From: a virus
Reading direction: 5' to 3' (one strand)
IMG/VR virus record: IMGVR_UViG_3300048833_000100
Span: 1 to 64,000 of that record
Length of the DNA stretch: 64,000 nucleotides
Of this stretch, positions 57,607 to 64,000 are shown piece by piece. The position numbers were made by a program, and so were the translations under genes. Position 1 is the first letter of the stretch; each line of letters begins with the position of its first letter. Below the pieces are notes generated by a model, which had not been told where the DNA came from, did not search any database, and saw only the letters and a list, made by a program, of their open reading frames with translations.

Positions 57607-57801
57607 ATGACCGCACCGGAACGCATTTGGGCGTGGGAGATTACAGAGCGCGGGATACCACAAGGAGCGGGCGGTTGGATCAGGCACAAGGCTTCGGGGG
57701 ATCACGAATACATCCTCCACACCCGCGCCGCGCTGGCTGCATCGCCACTGGTGCAGGAGATCGTAGCGGAGGCGGTGAAGGCGGAACGATCCAATGGCTA
57801 G
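57607..57801 (+). CDS. Hypothetical protein
   Basis: 'MTAPERIWA..EYI' prophage-type motif. Confidence 0.6.
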   Translation: MTAPERIWAWEITERGIPQGAGGWIRHKASGDHEYILHTRAALAASPLVQEIVAEAVKAERSNG

Positions 57802-57915
57802 ACATCGGAAACGTGCCAAGGCAGGATCCCCTGGGGATTACTGGAAACATGACCGGAAGAAACGGAAGGCGCCATGGTGGCGCCGGCTGTTTGGTCTCAA
57901 CTGAAAAGCTGAACC

Positions 57916-58233
57916 ATGGGAGAAAAAGTCGCTTTGCTCGTCGCACTGCTCATGTGCGGTGGGGTGGTGGCATGTGCCATCAAGTTCCCTCCACCGACTG
58001 CAGCCGAGCTGAAAGAACAGCGTGAGCTCGAGCTCCAGGAAAAGCTCCCTGCTGGCTGCAAGGTCACCGACCTTGGATCCTTCGCGGAGATCGACCGCAT
58101 GGTGGCCATCCAGTGCTCAGGCAGCACGGTGGTCACAACCCTACAGGTGGAGAAGCGTCTCCAGACCATGGGGAAAGTCACCCAAACGGTCACCGACATT
58201 GACGGGACCGTCAACATCATCCCGGAGAACTGA
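57916..58233 (+). CDS. Putative exported/membrane-anchored protein
   Basis: Hydrophobic N-terminus with Cys, 'LPAGC'. Confidence 0.65.
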   Translation: MGEKVALLVALLMCGGVVACAIKFPPPTAAELKEQRELELQEKLPAGCKVTDLGSFAEIDRMVAIQCSGSTVVTTLQVEKRLQTMGKVTQTVTDIDGTVNIIPEN

Positions 58234-58238
58234 GTCGA

Positions 58239-58260
58239 GACTGACCCCAAGGGGTCAGTC
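58239..58260. terminator. Hairpin between convergent genes
   Basis: GACTGACCCC-aa-GGGGTCAGTC perfect inverted repeat. Confidence 0.65.
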
Positions 58261-58545
58261 TGCAGCTCTCGGGATGCCTCGCCACACCCGCAGCTTGCCA
58301 TCATAGACTGTCTGGGCCTGTGCCTCCGTGGCACCGGCCCTGACCCGAACACCCCACAGACCCGGAAACAGGGCATTGCTGGGGATCACCACCTCCACCA
58401 CCCGGCTCTCCGGGATGGCGGAGATGGCCTCGATCGCCTCCGTGCCCTGGAAGACAAAGGCCTCCGACCACGTCAGGACCGGAGCATGTGCCGGAACCGT
58501 CACCACGATGGTCGTCATCTCATCAGCATAGGTGTTCTCGGTCAT
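58255..58545 (-). CDS. Small beta-sandwich-type structural protein
   Basis: Coupled to the upstream fibre gene; beta-rich composition. Confidence 0.55.
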   Translation of the reverse strand: MTENTYADEMTTIVVTVPAHAPVLTWSEAFVFQGTEAIEAISAIPESRVVEVVIPSNALFPGLWGVRVRAGATEAQAQTVYDGKLRVWRGIPRAAD

Positions 58546-59900
58546 ACCCAGACTCCTTGCACTGTATGCTGTCTCCAGCTTCCTTCAACCTGCCGCATGG
58601 CCCAAAACCCTTCTACGCTGTGTTCTGCCCAGAACCCAGTCACTTCGATTTGCTTGGATGTATCCCGCTGATCCGTGGCAATGCCGGAGATCGAGATCGT
58701 CCCTTCGACAGTCCCGATCACCCGGATCCTGCCCAGGGCCTCCCCGGTAATTCCGATGGTTCCAGAGATTTCTCCAGACACCTCGGCCGCGGTCCCTGCA
58801 CCGAAAGCCTCACCTGTGAGCCCGATCGAACCATTGACCGTTCCCAGGACCCGGACAGAGCCAAGCCCCGAGCCAGAGATCCCGATAGTTCCTGATACTG
58901 TCCCAACATCCCGGACAGATCCTAGACCCGAACCAGTGATCCCAATGGTTCCAGATACCGTCCCGACATCACGCACAGAGCCTGTGGCAGAGCCAGTCAG
59001 GCCGATACTGCCAGACACCGAGCCAATGTCTCGCACGGTCCCCGCAGCAGAGCCGCTCAGACCAATTGTGCCGGCCACCGAACCAGACACCTTCGCAGAC
59101 CCCGTGGCAGCCCCGGAGAGGCTGATGGTCCCTGTGACCGTCCCGATGCTCCGCACTGACCCGGAAGCCGCTCCCGTGAGCCCTATGGTTCCGGCCACGC
59201 TGCCTGTGCTGCGAACAGTCCCCGCCGCAGAGCCGGTGAGGGAGATGGTTCCCGAAACCGTGCCCTCGACCCCGGAGCTCTCTCCAGGCTCCATGTGGTA
59301 GCTGTCCGGGGTCACCCCACCAATCGCCGGATTGGCATTGAGATCCCGCATCCCCTCACTGCCATTGAAGAGATCGGCAAACATCGTTGCCGGATCCATG
59401 GCAGTGTCATTCGACCACCAGTAACCTTGGGTCTCCCCAGGGATCACATAGGTGCCGGTGCGGTCCCCCATGAAATAGGCTTTGGCAAGGCTGACATCTG
59501 AGACAGCATCATCAGATGTCATCACCAGCACACCGTTGTGCCAAAGCTCTCCGTAGATCCCGCCGCCAAGTCCAGCAGCATTGAACCTTAGGACGAAGTT
59601 GTTGGTCCCGCCTGGGAAAGCCAGGTGGGCTGTGGGTCCGACAAAATCAAAGACTACCGGAGCCCAACCGGATGAGTAAAAACTGGCCGCGATGCTGCGA
59701 CCAGACTCATCGTTGTGACCGTTGATGAAGACACTGGAGAACATATCCGTGTCGATCATCTTGGCCGTCGAGGGAGCATCCAGCTGCCCCGCTGCATAGC
59801 GATAGGACCATGCAAAAGTGCAGGCCGCAAAACCCCAAGGCGGCCCATCCGGCACAGCCAGGATGGGCGCTACGGGAGAGAACCAAGACGCTGCAGGCAT
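58542..59900 (-). CDS. Gly/Ser/Thr-rich fibre-like virion protein with 20-aa repeats
   Basis: N-terminal lectin-like region followed by about 10 copies of GxVxGTIxLxGxAxGxVRxx. Confidence 0.75.
   Translation of the reverse strand: MPAASWFSPVAPILAVPDGPPWGFAACTFAWSYRYAAGQLDAPSTAKMIDTDMFSSVFINGHNDESGRSIAASFYSSGWAPVVFDFVGPTAHLAFPGGTNNFVLRFNAAGLGGGIYGELWHNGVLVMTSDDAVSDVSLAKAYFMGDRTGTYVIPGETQGYWWSNDTAMDPATMFADLFNGSEGMRDLNANPAIGGVTPDSYHMEPGESSGVEGTVSGTISLTGSAAGTVRSTGSVAGTIGLTGAASGSVRSIGTVTGTISLSGAATGSAKVSGSVAGTIGLSGSAAGTVRDIGSVSGSIGLTGSATGSVRDVGTVSGTIGITGSGLGSVRDVGTVSGTIGISGSGLGSVRVLGTVNGSIGLTGEAFGAGTAAEVSGEISGTIGITGEALGRIRVIGTVEGTISISGIATDQRDTSKQIEVTGFWAEHSVEGFWAMRQVEGSWRQHTVQGVWV
58675..59265 (-). 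repeat. 60-bp degenerate tandem repeat (about 10 copies)
   Basis: For example GSVAGTIGLTGAASGSVRSI / GTVSGTIGITGSGLGSVRDV. Confidence 0.85.
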
Positions 59901-59947
59901 GTGCTACCCCTGAGGTGATATGGGCCGGATCATCCGGCCCATTGGCT

Positions 59948-60355
59948 TCAGGCGTTGCCTGCGTTCAGGTTGAACGCCGTGATGTCCAGCACCACACCTG
60001 CAGCCAGAGCCACAGCACCAAGCTGCATGTCACCACCGGCACCCGTGAGACTCACCGTGCCCTGGCAGTGACAGGTCGTGCCCGTGCTGTCATAGATCCT
60101 GAAGTGAGCGGCCGTGCCAGCAGCATCCGCTGCGGGATCCGTCCAGAGACCGGCCAGGGCCTTGGCACCGTTCGCTGCAGCTGCCATCCAGTCAGCGGGC
60201 AGGGCCAGCGTTGCCAGCACCGTCCCGGTATCAGCTGCGGCGCAGTTGGCGGGCACAGCACCCGTGCGGATCCGCATGATCGGGCTTGCCCCGATTTCCG
60301 TCTCGGTGGCGTTCAGCCAGGCGTTACGCACCGGCACGGAGAATTGAAGAGCCAT
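59948..60355 (-). CDS. Virion structural (decoration/spike-base-like) protein
   Basis: 'S..VRNA.L', 'G..PA', 'A.GTA.HFRI', 'QGTV...G.GGD' phage structural pattern. Confidence 0.65.
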   Translation of the reverse strand: MALQFSVPVRNAWLNATETEIGASPIMRIRTGAVPANCAAADTGTVLATLALPADWMAAAANGAKALAGLWTDPAADAAGTAAHFRIYDSTGTTCHCQGTVSLTGAGGDMQLGAVALAAGVVLDITAFNLNAGNA

Positions 60356-60400
60356 TGGTCACCCCTTGAAGATGGAGGAGGTCGTCGACCTCCCAGTCAA

Positions 60401-60409
60401 ATTATATCA
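60401..60409 (-). promoter_or_regulatory. Extended -10 sigma70 promoter for the reverse structural cassette
   Basis: Minus strand reads TGA-TATAAT (TGn + perfect -10) about 45 nt upstream of ATG 60355. Confidence 0.55.
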
Positions 60410-60520
60410 CTTTACACCAAACCACACCAAACCGAAATCCGTGGATCCCCCTGAACCATCTGGACAGGGGATCTGGTCCGTGGGTAAATCACACCACACC
60501 AAACCGTCAGGACTTGAGCC

Positions 60521-60748
60521 ATGAAGGACACTGTCTCTGAAGCCCCGGTCACCCCGAGCCGGGGACACAACTCCCCCTACGATCGCGGCCGGGCCGACAG
60601 CTACTACAGCCGTCCTCCTGAACCCAACAAGCGCACAGGCCATCTGGGCGTCAATCGGATCACCGATCTGACCCCGGAGGAAACCCAGGAATACTACGCC
60701 GGGTATGACTGGAATGAGCAATACGGCGAGAAAAAAGACTGGAGATAA
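60521..60748 (+). CDS. Hypothetical protein
   Basis: 'SPYDRG.ADSYY.R...P..Y.AGY..NE..G.KKDW' phage-like. Confidence 0.75.
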   Translation: MKDTVSEAPVTPSRGHNSPYDRGRADSYYSRPPEPNKRTGHLGVNRITDLTPEETQEYYAGYDWNEQYGEKKDWR

Positions 60749-60752
60749 CACC

Positions 60753-61106
60753 GTGAGAACCTATGCCGACCGTCAGAAAGACGTGGGGCAGGGCCGCTAT
60801 GCCCTGTCTTCCGATACCCGTGACTTTGATCCGACCACTCTCGAGGGAGCCAAGGCGATCCTCTCTGTGGCCGGCGCCAAGAAGGCCGCCAAGTTCGCCC
60901 TGAATGACCTCTGGAAGCAGGCACAGGAGCCGGGGCAGGGCTACCTACCCACCGCCCGGATCAACGCTCCCTTGCGTGTCCTGCAGGCCCTGGAGACCCT
61001 TGGCATGATCGAGAAAGCGCAGGATGATCGGGGCAGGGCTTTCCGATACCGGCTCTCCCCGACTGGCTTGCGCCAAGCCAAGAAGAAGGCGGGCCTCGTC
61101 GCATGA
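60753..61106 (+). CDS. Winged-HTH-like protein
   Basis: 'L.ALE.LGMIE..YRLS..G'; GGAG SD + GTG. Confidence 0.6.
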   Translation: MRTYADRQKDVGQGRYALSSDTRDFDPTTLEGAKAILSVAGAKKAAKFALNDLWKQAQEPGQGYLPTARINAPLRVLQALETLGMIEKAQDDRGRAFRYRLSPTGLRQAKKKAGLVA

Positions 61107-61672
61107 CAAGGAACCCCGTCAAATACAGGGACATCACCATTCGCGGTGTGACCTACCCCGACGCCTCCGCTGCCGCTGCGGCGATCGGGGTAACCCGATC
61201 CACCATCGGCCGAGCCATCCGCTTGGGCAAACTGGACACAGTCGGACTGGGGGTCGGATCCAACAATATCTGTCCTGTCGTCATCCGTGGGGTCTACTAC
61301 CCGACCCAGATGGCGGCAGCTGAAGCCCTCGGCGTCCGGGCGGATGTCGTCTGTAAGGCCCTGAACAGGGGAACCATCGACAACGTGGGCCTCGGCTCAG
61401 GGAACTGGCTCCGGGAAGTGGATGCTCCCCGAAACCCGATCACCCTGCTCGGGGTCACCTTCCCCTCCATGGCTGCTGCATCCCGGCTCCTGGGCTTCAC
61501 GGACAAGCATGTCCATCGGGTTCTCAAATCCGGTGGCAAGAAGGCCAAAGCCCGCCTTATGGAGGCCGTCTGTGCCTACCGGGATGCCCAACATATCGCC
61601 CGGATGGACGCTATGCGCGCCAGAGAAGGGCGGGCACAGGTCACCCACCACCGGATGTCCGAAGCCGCCTGA
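61103..61672 (+). CDS. Protein with three NUMOD1-like HTH repeats and no nuclease domain
   Basis: 'I.IRGV.YP...AAA.A.GV' repeated three times. Confidence 0.7.
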   Translation: MTRNPVKYRDITIRGVTYPDASAAAAAIGVTRSTIGRAIRLGKLDTVGLGVGSNNICPVVIRGVYYPTQMAAAEALGVRADVVCKALNRGTIDNVGLGSGNWLREVDAPRNPITLLGVTFPSMAAASRLLGFTDKHVHRVLKSGGKKAKARLMEAVCAYRDAQHIARMDAMRAREGRAQVTHHRMSEAA

Positions 61673-61700
61673 ACCACCCCACCCGCGCATCCCAACAGCA

Positions 61701-61730
61701 CCACGATCGCCCTTGCGGTCGTGGTTTTTT
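61701..61730 (+). terminator. Intrinsic terminator
   Basis: CCACGATCGC-cctt-GCGGTCGTGG followed by T6. Confidence 0.8.
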
Positions 61731-61763
61731 GGGTTTGTGCCCTGATCAGATTTGGAGACTTCC

Positions 61764-62813
61764 ATGACCATGTTTACCATGACCCCGAAAGAGGTCAGGG
61801 CCGCCATCCTCGAGTGCTTCGAGGCCCGACTGGTGCCCTTCATCCAGTCGAGCCCCGGCATCGGCAAGAGCGCCATTGTGGCCTCGATCGCCAAGGAGTT
61901 CGATCTCGAGCTCATCGACCTTCGCCTGAGCCAGTGCGCCCCGGAAGACCTCATGGGTCTGCCCATGCGCTTGGGCGAGGGCACCGAGATGAAGGCTGCC
62001 TTTGCCCCCTTTGCCATGTTCCCCGTCGTCGGGGACAAGCTACCCAAGGGCAAGAACGGCTGGCTGCTCTTCCTCGACGAGTTCAACTCGGGAACCAAGA
62101 TGGTTCAGGCAGCTGCCTACAAGCTGGTGCTCGATCGCATGGTTGGCCAGTTCCGGCTGCATGACGATGTCTATGTCGTGGCGGCTGGTAACCTGGCCTC
62201 TGACCGCGCCATCGTGAACAGCCTCTCGACCGCCATGCAATCCCGCCTGGTTCACATCGAGATGGAGCTGCATCACGGTGAGTTCATGGACTTCGCCACG
62301 GCCGCACAATGGGATCCTCGCATCCTGGCCTTCTTGGAGTTCCAGCCGGGCAAGTTGCACAACTTCAAGCCCGACCACACCGATCGGACCTTTGCCTGCC
62401 CGCGGACCTGGGACTTCGTCAACCGGCTCATCAACGGCAAGCCCAAGATGAACAAGCCGCTGCTGGCGGGTGTCATTGGAGAAGGTGTAGCTGTCGAGTT
62501 CTGCACCTATGCTGAGATCTTCGCACAGCTGCCGAGCTACACCGTCATCTGCTCGGACCCCGACAACACTCCGATTCCGCGGGATCCGGGACCGCTCTAT
62601 GCGACCATCACCATGATGGGCGACAAGTTCTCGCGGGCGACCTTCAAGGACGCAGCCAAATATGCAGACCGTCTGCCGCCCGAGTTCCAGGTGCTCTACC
62701 TGAAATCGGTAAAACGGCGGGAGCCCTCCTTCGTCCGGGACCAGGAGTTCGTCCGGCGCAGCAAGCGTCTGGTGACCTTCATGGCTGAAGATGACATGGC
62801 GATGGTCGCATGA
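61764..62813 (+). CDS. N4 gp24-like AAA+ (MoxR-like) ATPase
   Basis: 'SSPGIGKS', 'LFLDEFN', 'AAGN', 'PRTW'. Confidence 0.9.
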   Translation: MTMFTMTPKEVRAAILECFEARLVPFIQSSPGIGKSAIVASIAKEFDLELIDLRLSQCAPEDLMGLPMRLGEGTEMKAAFAPFAMFPVVGDKLPKGKNGWLLFLDEFNSGTKMVQAAAYKLVLDRMVGQFRLHDDVYVVAAGNLASDRAIVNSLSTAMQSRLVHIEMELHHGEFMDFATAAQWDPRILAFLEFQPGKLHNFKPDHTDRTFACPRTWDFVNRLINGKPKMNKPLLAGVIGEGVAVEFCTYAEIFAQLPSYTVICSDPDNTPIPRDPGPLYATITMMGDKFSRATFKDAAKYADRLPPEFQVLYLKSVKRREPSFVRDQEFVRRSKRLVTFMAEDDMAMVA

Positions 62814-63007
62814 CGAGCACACCCCAACCCACCACAGACCGGGTGAAGTTCGTCTGCCCGGTCTGCAAGTCTGACCGGATCCTACGGGATGCCTATGCGT
62901 CGTGGAACCAGGACACCCAGGAATGGGAGCTCCACGATGTCTACGACTACACCACCTGCCAGGACTGTGATGCTGGCAGCAATCATCGGGACGAGATCCC
63001 GATCTGA
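62810..63007 (+). CDS. Small Zn-ribbon protein
   Basis: CPVC..DAYA.W....Q.WEL..CQDC. Confidence 0.7.
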   Translation: MTSTPQPTTDRVKFVCPVCKSDRILRDAYASWNQDTQEWELHDVYDYTTCQDCDAGSNHRDEIPI

Positions 63008-63289
63008 ACGAGATCCTTCCCCGATCAGGGGGAGGGGAGTCGGAAGGACCTCAACAGGGCTTCATACCTTCCGGCTCCACAGGTCCCGTCCCAGGGTGCT
63101 GACTTACCTGGGATGGGCTTGGTCGGCGGCATGCCCCCATGCCGTCGGCGTGGCTGTGTCAGCAGCTGCCAGGAGATGACCGCCTATCAAGCGGTGGCGT
63201 ATGACAGGGAATGAAGGGATTAGCCCCACTGGCTCCAAGAGCTATCGCCCAGCCGAACATCAGGATGTGTCCTGAGCATCTCCTACCCC

Positions 63290-63380
63290 GAGGGTGTGGC
63301 GGAATTGGTAGACGCGGCGCTTATAGGGGCTCCAGAACCCGAACGTGCCGGAATTGTGGGTTCGACTCCCACCACCCTCA
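63290..63380 (+). tRNA. tRNA-Leu-like element with aberrant anticodon arm
   Basis: Acceptor stem GAGGGTG/CACCCTC, D-arm GCG-GAATTGGTAGA-CGC, T-arm GTGGG-TTCGACT-CCCAC; canonical anticodon stem does not pair. Confidence 0.65.
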
Positions 63381-63448
63381 CCTACCACGCAGTTCCCGGT
63401 CTGCGTCATCAAAACCGGGACCCCATTCCCTGAACCATGGAGCTCCCC

Positions 63449-64000
63449 ATGCGAGACCTGTCTCAGGTCGTCGTGCCCGATCAGGCCACGCTCGACACCC
63501 TGCTGTCCAAAGCCAAGCTCCAGTTCTTCGCAGCCAAGCGCAAGGGCGTCGGCTTCCTTGGCTCCCTGCTGTGTGATCACACATATATCTGGGACGACTC
63601 CCCGAATTGTCCCACCGCCTGGTGCGATGGCAAGACCATCTGCTTCAACCCGCGGTTCTTTGTGAGCCTGGCTCAGGAGCAGCGTGTGACCCTCCTGGTC
63701 CATGAGCTCTGGCACACCGGCTATGACCACATGGACCGGATCGGCAACCGAGATCCCGAGACCTGGAACGAGGCTGCCGACTACGTCATCAACAACCTGA
63801 TGGACACCTGGGGCTACAACTTCACAGGCATGGACCCCCTGCTCGACCATCAATATGACAACATGACCACTGAACAGGTCTATGAGATCCTGATCAAGCA
63901 GCCCCGCAATCCCAACCGGGCGACAGACCCAAGTCCCCTTGGGAATGATGTCCGCCCATCCCCGTCCCGCGCTGACCAACAAGCCATCAAGGAGAAGATC
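63449..64000 (+). CDS. N4 gp25-like metallopeptidase/VWA protein (partial, runs off window)
   Basis: 'TA..DG..I.FNP.F', HExxH 'HELWH', 'WN.A.DYVIN'. Confidence 0.85.
   Translation, partial: MRDLSQVVVPDQATLDTLLSKAKLQFFAAKRKGVGFLGSLLCDHTYIWDDSPNCPTAWCDGKTICFNPRFFVSLAQEQRVTLLVHELWHTGYDHMDRIGNRDPETWNEAADYVINNLMDTWGYNFTGMDPLLDHQYDNMTTEQVYEILIKQPRNPNRATDPSPLGNDVRPSPSRADQQAIKEKI

Noticed and set aside
58675-59301. Pro-rich repeat ORF on the + strand, or a CRISPR-like array
   Set aside because: Antisense reading of a coding tandem repeat with no unique spacers
63211-63576. 121-aa ORF across the tRNA-like element
   Set aside because: Overlaps the structured RNA and gp25 in another frame, and has an unnatural composition

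Overview
About 64 kb of a GC-rich, N4-like lytic podovirus (Schitoviridae). The host is probably an alphaproteobacterium, inferred from the ACP sequence and promoter style. The assembly appears circularly permuted. 1-11.4 kb (+) is the middle/replication block: HNH, C-terminal part of DNA polymerase, ACP, gp42-like nuclease, primase, AAA ATPase, SSB and RuvC. 11.4-45.5 kb (-) is the late block: 3709-aa virion RNA polymerase, ejection proteins, capsid, portal, lysis genes, tail fibre and terminase. About 45.5-46.1 kb is the likely genome-end junction. 46.1-64 kb (+) is the early/middle block: hairpin promoters, gp2-like activator, two-subunit RNAP II, accessory genes, a reverse structural cassette, gp24/gp25 and a tRNA-like element. 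The top finding is in the essential DNA polymerase. Just downstream of a NUMOD4-HNH endonuclease, the polymerase fragment restarts at GTG 1017. After codon 46 it is interrupted, inside catalytic motif B (FALT|YQGT), by a 45-nt in-frame insert containing two stop codons and a strong UUCG-capped hairpin. This architecture closely parallels the T4 mobA/gene 60 ribosomal-bypass cassette. Other highlights: a second endonuclease cassette that replaced the 3' end of RNAP1, several candidate anti-defence proteins, five covarying hairpin promoters, a genome-wide intergenic (CCACA)n motif, and a tRNA-like RNA with an aberrant anticodon arm. All family assignments come from motif recognition only; no database searches were run.
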